Positions 1 to 10,733 are shown, counted from the stretch's first letter. The stretch is DNA of 64,000 nucleotides from Methanobacteriota archaeon (GCA_018654845.1 JABIKU010000002.1:13729-77728), one strand, 5' to 3'. Notes: generated from the letters alone by a model not told the origin. Numbers and translations: made by a program.

Positions 1-207
1 AACGTCGGCACCACGCAGTGATTCGATTAATGCAGCCTTATTCTCGAAATCGAGAGGGTGAACTTCGACCTGCCCATCAAAGGGGTCATCGCGACCCACA
101 GCATTGGTCAAAGTTCGCACTTTTTTCCCTTGTTCCAATAATTGATGGGCAATCCATCTACCCGTGTATCCGAAGGCTCCGGTTACAACATGTAGTTCTT
201 CAGACAC
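1..207 (-). CDS. NAD(P)-binding Rossmann-fold protein (SDR/epimerase, NDUFA9/NmrA-like); N-terminal part, runs off the window
   Basis: Not in the ORF track. Manual translation from GTG at 207: MSEELHVVTGAFGYTGRWIAHQLLEQGKKVRTLT...LIESLRGADV, with the VTGAxGxxG dinucleotide-binding motif. Confidence 0.8.
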   Translation of the reverse strand, partial: MSEELHVVTGAFGYTGRWIAHQLLEQGKKVRTLTNAVGRDDPFDGQVEVHPLDFENKAALIESLRGADV

Positions 208-283
208 AAGTCAAGGCTCATCTTAAGTTGATAATAGAAACTATGGAAGAACCCTCAGAATTTATTGGTAATTCAACCAACAT

Positions 284-1918
284 TCAAGACATAACTTGTG
301 GGGATGCTGCGAGAACTTCCTTACTGCAGCCATCTTTGTATTGCTCGAAGTTCTCGATGAACATTTGAGCGAGTAAATTTGCTACATTGTCATATCGTTC
401 AGGCTCAGGCCAGGTTGTTCGAGGCTGAAGAATCTCATCAGGCACGCCCTCACAGGAAGTTGGAATTGTAAAGCCAAAACGATGGTCTTTAACAAAGATA
501 ACATCATCTAAATCACCGCTCAGTGCTGCGTTTAATAAGGCTCGAGTCCACTTAATACGGATTCGGCTGGATTCACCATATCCGCCAGCTACCCAACCTG
601 TATTGATTAACCAACAATTCGCATCATGCTCTCGTATTTTCTTTGATAGCAGATCTGCGTAAACACTTGGATGTCGGGGCATGAAAGGTGCACCAAAGCA
701 GGTTGAGAAAGTTGCTTGAGGCTCGGTTATTCCCATCTCAGTTCCAGCAACCTTTGCTGTATAACCCGACATGAAATGATAGGCGGCTTGTTCAGGAGAT
801 AGGCGGGAAAGAGGGGGTAAAACACCAAAAGCATCACAAGTCAAGAAAACAACATCTTTCGGATGACCGGCCATCGAATCTGGAGTTCTATTCTCTATCG
901 ACTCAATTGGATAGGAGCCACGGGTATTCTGAGTCAATGTGCCATCAGCAAAATTTGGAACTCCATCCGCATCGAGAATAACATTTTCAAGGACTGAACT
1001 AGGTATGCGGGTGGTTGCATAAATTGCTGGTTCATCCTCTTCAGAAAGCCCAATTAATTTTGCATAACAACCGCCTTCGAAATTGAAAATTCCTTCATCC
1101 GACCAACCATGCTCATCATCACCGACCAATGCTCGGCCTGGATCTGCTGATAGAGTGGTTTTTCCAGTTCCGGATAGACCGAAAAATAATGCTGAGTTTT
1201 TGTAATCAGTATTTGATGAACAGTGCATAGGCAATAATCCATCGGCGGGCAAAATATGGTTCATTATTGTAAAAATTGCTTTCTTAATCTCGCCAGCATA
1301 ATGTGTTCCGCCGATGATTACTAAACCACGATCGAGAGCAAGGATAACGAAGACGTCGGAATTTGTTCCATCTATATCAGGATCTGCAAGTAATTCCGGA
1401 GCGTGAAGAATTGTGTATTGTGGTTTGTGATTTAGCAATTCTGTTGGTTCACTGCGAACAAACATATTGTGGAAAAACGAAGCGTGCCAAGCCTTCTCGG
1501 TAATCAACCGTACCGGCATTGAATATTCTGGATCTGCTCCACAATGTGCGTCTTTTACGAATAACGTGTCGACTTCATCGAGATAGTTTTGGACTTTTTC
1601 TAATAAATTATCGAAAACTTCTGGCGTGGTAGATTTGTTAACATCTCCCCACCAGACATCCTCGGCTAATCCCGGCTCATCAATGATAAATCGGTCATTC
1701 GGAGAGCGACCTGTGCGCTCTCCTGTAGTAGCAAGTAAGACACCGTGCGCGGTAAGGCAGGCCTCACCACGCTCGACAGCAAGCCTATGCAATGCTTCCC
1801 AACCGAGATTCCAATGTACTGCGCCGCTGGGATTCAACCCATGTGTGGCTAGTGAGGTGGCGAATTCAGAGGGTCCAGTGCCCTTGGAGGTAATCTCCAT
1901 GGAGACCGACGATGCCAT
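284..1918 (-). CDS. pckA: Phosphoenolpyruvate carboxykinase (ATP)
   Basis: TGRSP, YAGEIKK, FFGLSGTGKTTLS P-loop, LVGDDEHGW, FNFEGGCYAK motifs. Confidence 0.97.
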   Translation of the reverse strand: MASSVSMEITSKGTGPSEFATSLATHGLNPSGAVHWNLGWEALHRLAVERGEACLTAHGVLLATTGERTGRSPNDRFIIDEPGLAEDVWWGDVNKSTTPEVFDNLLEKVQNYLDEVDTLFVKDAHCGADPEYSMPVRLITEKAWHASFFHNMFVRSEPTELLNHKPQYTILHAPELLADPDIDGTNSDVFVILALDRGLVIIGGTHYAGEIKKAIFTIMNHILPADGLLPMHCSSNTDYKNSALFFGLSGTGKTTLSADPGRALVGDDEHGWSDEGIFNFEGGCYAKLIGLSEEDEPAIYATTRIPSSVLENVILDADGVPNFADGTLTQNTRGSYPIESIENRTPDSMAGHPKDVVFLTCDAFGVLPPLSRLSPEQAAYHFMSGYTAKVAGTEMGITEPQATFSTCFGAPFMPRHPSVYADLLSKKIREHDANCWLINTGWVAGGYGESSRIRIKWTRALLNAALSGDLDDVIFVKDHRFGFTIPTSCEGVPDEILQPRTTWPEPERYDNVANLLAQMFIENFEQYKDGCSKEVLAASPQVMS

Positions 1919-2029
1919 CTCGCTTTCAATTTTTACGGCTGGTCGAACTCATCGACTACCTGAAGATATTCAATATAAATACAATAATTCACAGATGCAA
2001 TTAACCCTTAGCGACCTTTCACGCAAAGC

Positions 2030-5000
2030 GTGGTAGCAGAGGAGCAGGATGATTCCATCATTCGTCGAAGGGCGTTCAAGATTAGCGACTCAATTGAATT
2101 GGAAGATGTTCTAATCCCTCAAAAAGAAGAAATAAGTGTTGAAACAAATGCTGATGTCGAAATCGATGAAGCACTCGGTGACTTTTTCGACCCCTTTGCT
2201 GAAAACGATGAAAATACACCCGGGGTGATTGGTCGGGATGGAACGGTTAAGGTTGCACCAGATACGGATGTCATCACAGATTTGGCAAAAGAAGGTGAAA
2301 AAAGAGTAAATTGGGCTCTAATGATTGCAATGATTTTCGTGTTCTCAGGAGTAAGCTTACAGGCTGGAATTGCTCTTTCTCCATTGCTCGCGCTAATAGT
2401 TCTAATCGGTTTGGCAGGATTAGGATTTACATTGAGTGAATTATGGGTCCCAAAAGAAAATTTGCATTTACTCGGAATTACTTGGGCGATTATTTCGATG
2501 AAAATTCTCTATGGTTTAGCAATCGAACTTCACAGATGGGAATTCATTTCTACCACTTCACTCGGACCTCTCCTCCTCGGATTGGTAGCGGTCAATGTTT
2601 GGGTAGCATACCGCCATAACCATGATGCGATCGCGGCTCAATCTACTCTCATTCTACTTGCGATAGGCTCGAGTGCAGGCTCGATTCTAGGTGAAATCGG
2701 AGTTGCAGCGATGATACTCATCGCAACACTATTAGTCCACGGATTAGCACTTCACCGCAATTCAGGAAATCTCGCAGCCCTCGGTGTTGCAACAACAAAT
2801 TTGTGGGTTGGTATGCATGCTCTAACCGATGGAGTAAGCGTTGGTTCATTGGTAATATTACCATTGGAAACACCGCTTTTATTATTCTTATTATTGATGG
2901 TAATTACCTGTATCAACGCGACAATGGCTGCGCGCTTCGCGCGCGAAGAAAATTGGTTTTCAAGCGCTTTCAAATCTGTCGGGCTTGGTAAACCAGGACT
3001 CTGGGGTGTATCAATATCTTTGGGAATGATTGGCGCTATGTTAGCTGTCGCTGCAAATCGAGAAAATTTGGGCTATGCTTTAGGATTAATCACTTTCCTC
3101 GGCGCTGCTTTTGCTGGTTCCTATCTAGTAGTTCGAGGTGTAAGTTGGCAGCGAGTCACGAAACCACTATTGTTCGCTACTCCGTTTTTGACAATGATTC
3201 TTCTTTTAGGGGAACAATTTGATTTCGACCTCGGGATAGATTCCTACGTATTATTCACATTTCTCGGCTCGATTATCACCGGCTATGTAATACTAAGAGA
3301 TCAAGATTCAGTAAGTGACCGTGTTCTCTGGACGGGGGCAATCGCGATTCTTGGTCTACTCGTACTTTTAGTGCCAACTGAATCGAGTGATGCAGGTGGC
3401 GATGGCGGTAGACTTCTCCTCGCCGCCTTAGCATCACTCCATATCGGCACTGCCTACCTAGCAATCAAACGAAATTCACCGTCTCTTGCCGGAATTACCG
3501 TTCTATTGCCATGGATTTGGATATTAATTGAAGAAGTTGCTGAAGAAACTATTCGAACAATTCTTGTCGCAAACGAGATTAATGACCCAGGCTCGATAAT
3601 TGACATTGATCCAATTCCACTTTTCATCTATCTCGCTATTTCGTCGATTTTATTGATTATTGTCAACTTACGATTAGGCAAAACTGGAGTCAATTTAGCA
3701 TCTCAATTTCTTGGTCTTACTGAAATTTCAGCATCAATCCGTGATTCAGGATTACTACAATTATGGTCATTAGGACTTTGGCTACCGATGCTGACAATTC
3801 TATTTTTAGCAAGGTTCGGAGGCTTTACTGCACCCACACTATTAGTATTGTTATCGATTTTAACTGCCATGCACATCGGTTCAGAAATTTTCAGAAAAAG
3901 AGTTGGAAGCGCTTCTACGATGCTCATCATTATCGCAATTTTCTTTTTCGCTTTGCAATGGCAATTCGGCTTAGCCGAGCCATTGATGTTGATTTTTTGC
4001 ATTATGACAATGATTCTGTTATTCAAAGATGGAGGGGTTCACCAAGGACGATATACGATAGGCATGACCTTGATGGGTGTGCAATTATTATTGCTATTAG
4101 CTCAGCGTGATATCGGAATGATTTTACCAGAAATGAGTTCAATTCCTACTCTTCAATCCGACCAAATAGCGTTAATTTGCACATTGATTATTGTCGCATC
4201 TTATTTGCCTCAAGCGCCAAAAATGGAAAAATTACTCAATCCTGCTTTAGCCAGTTTATTTTTACTTTCAACAATGGTGGTATTAAGTTACAAAATAGGT
4301 GATTCCTTAATTCAATTTTCTTCACTTGGTCTATTCGCAGGCAGTACCGTATGGTTAGTAGCAAATGGAGAGATTCGTCACGAATTGAAATCTATCGCAA
4401 CTAGAGATGCAATTCGTGCTCAGGTGAAGGGAAGTGATGGAATCAAATCATTATCTGAGAGTGAAGGAAGCCTGTCGAATTTTGATCCACGAATCGCTGA
4501 AATGCAAGCAATAAGAAAGCAGAAGCGAGAGAAAGGTGATGCTGAAGATATCGAAGATTTGTATCTAACAGATAATACTCATAAGCCAATCATCGTCTCT
4601 TTAGTACTCATTCTTGTACTGATCTCAGCAACTATTCTTAGTTTACTTCTCGGGCCTCAACCAATCGTCCTCATAGGTGCTGGAATATTCGCGACTATCC
4701 TCGTCTCAGTAGCACGTTATCGCACTCAAGGCCTCGAACTGGAATTACCTCATTTTGCCGGCATGGAAATGCCGGTTGCAATCGCAATTAGCGGACTGGT
4801 TTTTGCCCACACCGCTGGTCATCTCGGACCGGGCGCGAGCAATCGAGAATTGTTTGATTTGGCCGTTTTGGTAATTCTCGTATTCGAATTAGGAGTTGTC
4901 TCTTTAATGAATCAGAAAAATATTCTCGAACGCCTTTCAATAGCAATTGATTGGTTCATTTTGCCTATATTAATCGGAAGATTAGTCGGAGCTACTCTAA

Positions 5001-5752
5001 TCGAAGCATTGCCTTTCCCATTGACTGTCGATCCGTTTGAAGGGAATTTGACTGAATGGAAATTACCATGGTTTCTACTTGAAGCAATTCTAATTCTATG
5101 TGTAGTCGGTAATGCTTGGATTAATCAAAAACGAAAAGAACTCGACAAAGAAGCCTCCAAAACCGAAGGTGCTCGTACGATTGCAGTTGTTCTATTGTCG
5201 TTTGGCCCAGCTGGAATTCTTTCAGTAATTTTTTCTTTAAATCATGTTTTGAAACACAAACAAACTACCGACCTAGGATTACTTATTCCAACAGGATTTA
5301 TTTCCCTCATCGCAATTTCTTCATGGAACGATGGACTAGGAGAATTTATTCCACATTTGACGCTCTGGCTTGGTATCCTCATCATGATTTCCTGTGCATT
5401 GACTGTTCCATACAAAGGTGGTGACTGGACAATGGTTTTGGCCATCGATGCTCACCTCCTAATTTTCATTGGAATTCTCTCGACTGGCCAATTGACTACG
5501 ATTATTATGCCTTTAATTCTAATTGCAATGTCAACGACAATTTGGGTAATTGGCATCCTAGAATTCCGCAAAGTTCTCAGAATTTGGGGTCTTGTCGATC
5601 TGCTAATTGCCATCCTCGCCTCATTGCTTTTCCTTGGCTCAACAATTCTCGAACCTACTACATTGTTGATTGCACTCATACTCCTTGCCAGCGAACTAGG
5701 ATTGGTCTCTTGGCTCGGCCTTGCAAATGAAAAAGAGTTAATCAAAGATTAA
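2030..5752 (+). CDS. Large polytopic membrane protein of unknown function (1240 aa, many TM helices; DUF2339-like architecture possible)
   Basis: Long ORF; acidic N-terminus followed by tens of hydrophobic segments. Confidence 0.75.
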   Translation: MVAEEQDDSIIRRRAFKISDSIELEDVLIPQKEEISVETNADVEIDEALGDFFDPFAENDENTPGVIGRDGTVKVAPDTDVITDLAKEGEKRVNWALMIAMIFVFSGVSLQAGIALSPLLALIVLIGLAGLGFTLSELWVPKENLHLLGITWAIISMKILYGLAIELHRWEFISTTSLGPLLLGLVAVNVWVAYRHNHDAIAAQSTLILLAIGSSAGSILGEIGVAAMILIATLLVHGLALHRNSGNLAALGVATTNLWVGMHALTDGVSVGSLVILPLETPLLLFLLLMVITCINATMAARFAREENWFSSAFKSVGLGKPGLWGVSISLGMIGAMLAVAANRENLGYALGLITFLGAAFAGSYLVVRGVSWQRVTKPLLFATPFLTMILLLGEQFDFDLGIDSYVLFTFLGSIITGYVILRDQDSVSDRVLWTGAIAILGLLVLLVPTESSDAGGDGGRLLLAALASLHIGTAYLAIKRNSPSLAGITVLLPWIWILIEEVAEETIRTILVANEINDPGSIIDIDPIPLFIYLAISSILLIIVNLRLGKTGVNLASQFLGLTEISASIRDSGLLQLWSLGLWLPMLTILFLARFGGFTAPTLLVLLSILTAMHIGSEIFRKRVGSASTMLIIIAIFFFALQWQFGLAEPLMLIFCIMTMILLFKDGGVHQGRYTIGMTLMGVQLLLLLAQRDIGMILPEMSSIPTLQSDQIALICTLIIVASYLPQAPKMEKLLNPALASLFLLSTMVVLSYKIGDSLIQFSSLGLFAGSTVWLVANGEIRHELKSIATRDAIRAQVKGSDGIKSLSESEGSLSNFDPRIAEMQAIRKQKREKGDAEDIEDLYLTDNTHKPIIVSLVLILVLISATILSLLLGPQPIVLIGAGIFATILVSVARYRTQGLELELPHFAGMEMPVAIAISGLVFAHTAGHLGPGASNRELFDLAVLVILVFELGVVSLMNQKNILERLSIAIDWFILPILIGRLVGATLIEALPFPLTVDPFEGNLTEWKLPWFLLEAILILCVVGNAWINQKRKELDKEASKTEGARTIAVVLLSFGPAGILSVIFSLNHVLKHKQTTDLGLLIPTGFISLIAISSWNDGLGEFIPHLTLWLGILIMISCALTVPYKGGDWTMVLAIDAHLLIFIGILSTGQLTTIIMPLILIAMSTTIWVIGILEFRKVLRIWGLVDLLIAILASLLFLGSTILEPTTLLIALILLASELGLVSWLGLANEKELIKD

Positions 5753-5850
5753 TTTGTCAAATCACCAAAATCATTGTACTCACAAGCGATTTGAAAATAA
5801 TATCACCAAATAATGCTATCACACCATAGGCTAACCTTGATGACGGACGG

Positions 5851-6810
5851 GTGCGACAAAGAACCATGACGAGGTCATGGATAGCCGATACCTCCGACGA
5901 GGTCGAGCATCCACCTATCCCATTAGGTCTCAATGAGATGGCGGTGCCGAGAGCCGCAATCTTACTCTCACTCGGCACCGCAGTCGTCATTCTAATCTCA
6001 GTAATTTGGCTCGGCTTTGCCGCATGGCAATTTCAAAAAGAATTGACAAATACTTTCGGTGCTGCTGATGAGACTCTTCTCAAAGATGGTGACCGATGGA
6101 ATTGGGAAGTTGATTTATTATTCGACACATGTGATTCTCGGCTCGGAGATTGGGATTGGCCAGAAGTCCTAGCCGAACAAGATGACAAATTCCTTTATCC
6201 AGGTGAATTAAGGTGCGATTGGGAACATCAAGGGAATTACGATCGAGCAAGTTTAGTGATCTATAATCGAGGTAATGCAACATTAGATTTAGTTCTTGAA
6301 ATCATAGGTGGAGCTGTCGAATTTGCTGCCGAAGGTGATTCAAATATGCTCGTAAATGGACTTCAAGGAAATGACACTATTATTATCGAATTACGATTAT
6401 TGGATGACGTAACAGAACAAAGTATCACGATTACTGCAACCCACGTTGCAGTGCAAGATGCAATCGTTACTCTCGATGTAAATCTGTTTAAGGGCACCGA
6501 AGAAGAAACTATTCATGGAAGCGATGGTGATCGATTAGAAGTCCATTACAAAGTTTGGGATGCCGATACCGATGAATTACTCGATGAAGGCGATTTATTG
6601 GTTACCGCAGGAGATGATTCAAACTATATCAAAGGATTTGGTTGGTCTGCGATTGGATTAGACATCGGCGACGATAGAGGGCTTTTGAGTCCAGGAACGA
6701 CTCATACGACGCTTCTGCCTCCCCCCATCGCTTACGGAAATAGTGATGGTCATCAATTACAAAACTCTTGGCTGAAGTTTGAATTGAAGGTAGATAGAGC
6801 ACTCGCCTGA
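5851..6810 (+). CDS. Membrane-anchored protein with a C-terminal FKBP-type PPIase-like domain
   Basis: N-terminal TM helix; C-terminal GDRLEVHY...IKGF...LPPPIAYG...LKFELKV resembles the FKBP fold. Confidence 0.6.
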   Translation: MRQRTMTRSWIADTSDEVEHPPIPLGLNEMAVPRAAILLSLGTAVVILISVIWLGFAAWQFQKELTNTFGAADETLLKDGDRWNWEVDLLFDTCDSRLGDWDWPEVLAEQDDKFLYPGELRCDWEHQGNYDRASLVIYNRGNATLDLVLEIIGGAVEFAAEGDSNMLVNGLQGNDTIIIELRLLDDVTEQSITITATHVAVQDAIVTLDVNLFKGTEEETIHGSDGDRLEVHYKVWDADTDELLDEGDLLVTAGDDSNYIKGFGWSAIGLDIGDDRGLLSPGTTHTTLLPPPIAYGNSDGHQLQNSWLKFELKVDRALA

Positions 6811-6857
6811 CCTAGTTAGATGGAAAATGACTTGACTGAGCATGTAGGGGCGAGATT

Positions 6858-8162
6858 GTGTCTGAGGCCTCGAAACATACTGCGTTGATTCCTTCCGAGA
6901 AGATAATTGCTGAAGCGCAGAAGCGTGCTGAAGCAAAATCTGCGCGTAAAGGCGAGCCGGCCTTCCACATGTCAGATGATATGCGCCGACTCTCGACTCC
7001 TTGGCCTGTATGCTTAGCTCGAGCTAGCCAAATCGATGCTGCTGATTTGCCAGCCGGAGTCATTCTCGATGCTGCGGCAGGTTCGGGCGCGCAATTGATG
7101 GCTCTTGCTAGCGTTTTATCGCGCCCGGCTCTCGGGATTGAATTGGATGGTAATGTCGCTGTAATGTGTGCGGCAAATATGCACCAAATAGCGCTTGAGG
7201 AGAAAGATTCACGTACATTAGATCGAGTAATTATCGGAGATGGTAGCGATGCTGATGGAGCGATTACAACTTATTGGAATAACTTGAGAGAAGCAGGAAC
7301 AAGAGCCCACCCACCCATCGCAATGCTGCATCTTGATCCTGCGCGTCCACGGGACGCGCAAAATCATCATCTCGATGAGATGCAGCCACCTATCGGGCCA
7401 TTACTATCCTCGTGGAAAGAATTCCTTCAGACTGGCCCAAGAGGGCCGGCAATCCTTCTTGATTTATCCCCTCGCCTAGGTGATGATCAACAGAGTATGA
7501 TCGATGCAATTGCTGCCATGACTTTTCCCGGTGTGAGCAAGACTTGGGAATGGCTCAGTCAAGGCGGTGGACGCATCGACAGACTCTCACTGTGGATAGG
7601 TGCAATTTCCTCTGAACAAACCCATAGATGCATTCGAATGGGGAGGAAAAATATCCTCGCTATTATCGAAGGAACTCCACAATCTTCAAACCAAGTTAAA
7701 CTAACATCTCCTCCCCCATATGGAGCTTATATTTCGATAATCGATCCGGCTTTGTTACAAAGCGGCCTACAAGAAAATTGGATTACTACTGCTATTCCGA
7801 AAGATACTGGATACTCGTGGATTCGAACCGAAGGTCGTCGTCCACTACTAATTCACACCGAAGCTCTAATCGATGACCCGAATGTGATGGGTTTTGTCGT
7901 CGCGTCAGGTAAGGTCAGCCAACACCGACTTGCACCACCAGAATTGCACTCTATTGACCAGATTGCTTCGGGTGTTGCAAGACACGATATTGGTAAGGTC
8001 ACTCTGCGTTGTAATCTAGATCCAAAAATACAACCGACGATACAACGCCGACTTGACAAGGCACTGAAAGAAATCGATGGTGAAAAAGCATTCATGATCG
8101 ATATAATGATGTCTCGAGGTGTGGGCAGTCACACACTCTATGTCGTTTGCAAAGAAGATTAA
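6858..8162 (+). CDS. Class I SAM-dependent methyltransferase with THUMP-like C-terminal region (putative RNA methyltransferase)
   Basis: ILDAAAGSG motif I, GIELD motif II, HLDPARP motif IV, LSP motif. Confidence 0.6.
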   Translation: MSEASKHTALIPSEKIIAEAQKRAEAKSARKGEPAFHMSDDMRRLSTPWPVCLARASQIDAADLPAGVILDAAAGSGAQLMALASVLSRPALGIELDGNVAVMCAANMHQIALEEKDSRTLDRVIIGDGSDADGAITTYWNNLREAGTRAHPPIAMLHLDPARPRDAQNHHLDEMQPPIGPLLSSWKEFLQTGPRGPAILLDLSPRLGDDQQSMIDAIAAMTFPGVSKTWEWLSQGGGRIDRLSLWIGAISSEQTHRCIRMGRKNILAIIEGTPQSSNQVKLTSPPPYGAYISIIDPALLQSGLQENWITTAIPKDTGYSWIRTEGRRPLLIHTEALIDDPNVMGFVVASGKVSQHRLAPPELHSIDQIASGVARHDIGKVTLRCNLDPKIQPTIQRRLDKALKEIDGEKAFMIDIMMSRGVGSHTLYVVCKED

Positions 8163-8280
8163 TCAGAAATATACCTAAAAATTCCCTACCTAAAGGTAGG
8201 CGGCTGCTTGAAATAGGGTTGGTAGGTCGCGAGGACGCCCAAAAGGCCACCGGAAACGGTGAACACGGGGGAACCGTACA

Positions 8281-8745
8281 ATGAGTAAGAAAACAGAAGA
8301 ACTTGGAGATGACTTCTCCTACATCATCAGATTGGCTGACAGTGACATAGACGGACTGAAGCCTATCGCCATTGGACTTACCTCGGTCAAGGGGGTCGGC
8401 GTTCGCACATCACAGCAACTCTGCCGACTCGCAATGATCGATGGAAAGAGGCTCGGCGGGCATCTGTCAAATGAGGAACAAGATCAACTCAGAGCAACAA
8501 TAGACGAATACGCGACCAAAGTTCCTTGGTGGTTAGTGAACCGCCAGCGAGACCTTGAATCGAATGAAGATGCACACCTAGTGGCAATGGATGTCAAGAT
8601 GATCTTGAAGGATGATATTTCCCGCCTCGCAGGAATGAAGACCTACCGCGGTCTACGCCACCGAAGTGGCCACAAGGTTCGCGGGCAGCGTCTTCGTAGC
8701 AACGGCCGTAGTGGCACTGCACTCGGTGTGCAGAGGAAGAAGTGA
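8281..8745 (+). CDS. rps13: 30S ribosomal protein S13 (uS13)
   Basis: LTSVKGVG, YRGLRHRSGHKVRGQRLRSNGR archaeal S13 signature. Confidence 0.97.
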   Translation: MSKKTEELGDDFSYIIRLADSDIDGLKPIAIGLTSVKGVGVRTSQQLCRLAMIDGKRLGGHLSNEEQDQLRATIDEYATKVPWWLVNRQRDLESNEDAHLVAMDVKMILKDDISRLAGMKTYRGLRHRSGHKVRGQRLRSNGRSGTALGVQRKK

Positions 8746-8755
8746 GGTGTTTTAA

Positions 8756-9451
8756 ATGGGAGATCCAAAATTTGCACGTTCTAAGACACAAACTCCAACC
8801 CACCCTTGGAAACAAGCTCGTATCGATGAAGAGCACGCTTTGAAGGAAAAGTACGGTTTGAAGAAAACCGGTGGAATGAATGAAATTTGGCGAGAAAAAT
8901 CCGCCCTACGTCGCCACCGAAATCAAGCGATGAAGTTAATCGGTCGAGTCGATACTTCTGAAGGACATTATGCACGTGAAGAAAACGACTTGGTAAATTC
9001 ATTATGCCGACAAGGATTGCTAGCTGAAGGAGCTCGAGTCGACGATGTTTTACAAATCGAGGTCGAGAACATGTTGTCTCGCAGATTACAATCCGTTGTA
9101 TATTATCGCGGATTCGCACCTTCAATGCGCGGTGCTCGAAATATGATTGTTCACGGCCATATATCGATTGGTGAACAACGTATGACTGTGCCAGGATACC
9201 ATATCCTCAAGTCCGAGGAAGAGCAACTTTGCTATTCCTCAAACTCAGTTTACAACAACCCAGACCACCCATTCCGTGTCGAGATGGAACAACTCCGTCT
9301 GACAATGGTTGCCGATGAAGAAGAGGAAGCGGTAGGCGGAGCATCGCCAGATGGTCCTCATGCAGCTACCGAAGAATTCGTAGAACAGATCAAGAAAGAT
9401 TCTGCTGAAGCTCCGATTGTAGAAGACACTATTCCTAAGGAGGCGAGCTGA
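8756..9451 (+). CDS. rps4: 30S ribosomal protein S4 (uS4) with acidic C-terminal extension
   Basis: MGDPK...HPW, KYGLK, RRLQSVVY, ARNMIVHGHI; preceded by SD GAGGTG. Confidence 0.96.
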   Translation: MGDPKFARSKTQTPTHPWKQARIDEEHALKEKYGLKKTGGMNEIWREKSALRRHRNQAMKLIGRVDTSEGHYAREENDLVNSLCRQGLLAEGARVDDVLQIEVENMLSRRLQSVVYYRGFAPSMRGARNMIVHGHISIGEQRMTVPGYHILKSEEEQLCYSSNSVYNNPDHPFRVEMEQLRLTMVADEEEEAVGGASPDGPHAATEEFVEQIKKDSAEAPIVEDTIPKEAS

Positions 9452-9831
9452 TGGGACACAAGGCAATTCTACATATTTTCAGTACTCACAATAATGTATT
9501 AATTACCGCTACCGATCTAACCGGCGCGGAAACAATCTGCAAGGTTTCGGGTGGAATGGTCACCAAGGGCGGAAGCGATTCTGGCGGACAGTTTGCATCT
9601 ACAAGAGCAGCTGAGCGAATCGCTGAAATGCTTTCCGAGAAGGAATTCGATCAAGTAATCGTCAAGTATCGCGGTGCTGGTGGAAACCGTTCACACAGCG
9701 CCCCAGGTGCTACTGCAGCAATCCGTGCTCTAACTCGTGCAGGGGTTCAAATCACACGAATCGAAGACGTCACTCCAATCCCAACGGATGGGACTAAGGC
9801 GAAGGGGGGCCGTCGTGGCCGTAGAGTTTGA
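9451..9831 (+). CDS. rps11: 30S ribosomal protein S11 (uS11)
   Basis: HIFSTHNN, TDLTGAET, IEDVTPIPTDG, GGRRGRRV. Confidence 0.97.
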   Translation: MGHKAILHIFSTHNNVLITATDLTGAETICKVSGGMVTKGGSDSGGQFASTRAAERIAEMLSEKEFDQVIVKYRGAGGNRSHSAPGATAAIRALTRAGVQITRIEDVTPIPTDGTKAKGGRRGRRV

Positions 9832-9842
9832 GGTGAAAAAAA

Positions 9843-10733
9843 ATGGTAGATATTACAATTCTTGAAGAATCTGATTCCAAGATAAAAATCTTGGTTGCAA
9901 AGACCGACCGCGCTTTCGTCAATTCGATTCGTCGTGCGTTAATTTCCGATATCCCCAAAATGGCTATCGAAACAGTTCGCTTCGAATTAGGCACCATCGA
10001 ACAGGATGATCACGTCTGGGAAACAACCGGACCTCTTCCCGATGAGATGATTGCTCAACGATTGGCAATGGTGCCAATTCCAACCGACCATGATGAATTT
10101 TATTTCCAAGACGAATGCCCAACTTGTGCTGAACTCATTGAAGCAGACCGTGGTTGCGTGCAGTGTTGCATGTTCTTTGGGTGCAAGGTTTTCGGTAGTG
10201 AAGAAGGTACTGAGGTTACAGCTGGTGATTTGAATTATCTCGGCGCTGACCTAGGTTTACAAATTCTAGATGAATACAAACCGATTGTTCTAACCAAATT
10301 ATTCCGTGGCCAAATGGTCGAGTTTTATGCTACAGCGATTATGGGCCGTGGAAGAGATCATGCAAAATGGTCCCCGGTTTGTGGCGTCACTTTCCAACCA
10401 AAATATGTTGGACAAATTAATATTAAGAGCCGAGCAAAGATGCTTTGGGATCTCGATCTCGAGATTAATGCAAAGGATTTCGATAAAGAAGGACGACTTG
10501 AAGATTATCAAAAGGTCGAGCAACTTATCGCTGACTTACATCATGTTGGAGCAGGTACCGAAGAATCACGAACATTCAAAAATGCAGTAACCGTAGAAGC
10601 AGTACCTGGTGAATTTATTCTTTCCTTCGAAACCGATGGTTCAATGACTCCGCGTGTGGCTTTTGAAAAGGCTTTTGCAGAACTTGCAGAACGATTTAGC
10701 CTAATCGATGAAGACTTCGCGGCAGTCCTCTAA
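9843..10733 (+). CDS. rpoD: DNA-directed RNA polymerase subunit D (Rpo3)
   Basis: NSIRRALISDIPKMAI, DEMIAQRLAMVP, GRGRDHAKWSP, ETDGSM; canonical S13-S4-S11-RpoD order. Confidence 0.95.
   Translation: MVDITILEESDSKIKILVAKTDRAFVNSIRRALISDIPKMAIETVRFELGTIEQDDHVWETTGPLPDEMIAQRLAMVPIPTDHDEFYFQDECPTCAELIEADRGCVQCCMFFGCKVFGSEEGTEVTAGDLNYLGADLGLQILDEYKPIVLTKLFRGQMVEFYATAIMGRGRDHAKWSPVCGVTFQPKYVGQINIKSRAKMLWDLDLEINAKDFDKEGRLEDYQKVEQLIADLHHVGAGTEESRTFKNAVTVEAVPGEFILSFETDGSMTPRVAFEKAFAELAERFSLIDEDFAAVL

Noticed and set aside
18-368. 116-aa + strand ORF
   Set aside because: It is antisense to a clear Rossmann-fold gene (1-207, -) and to the 3' end of pckA
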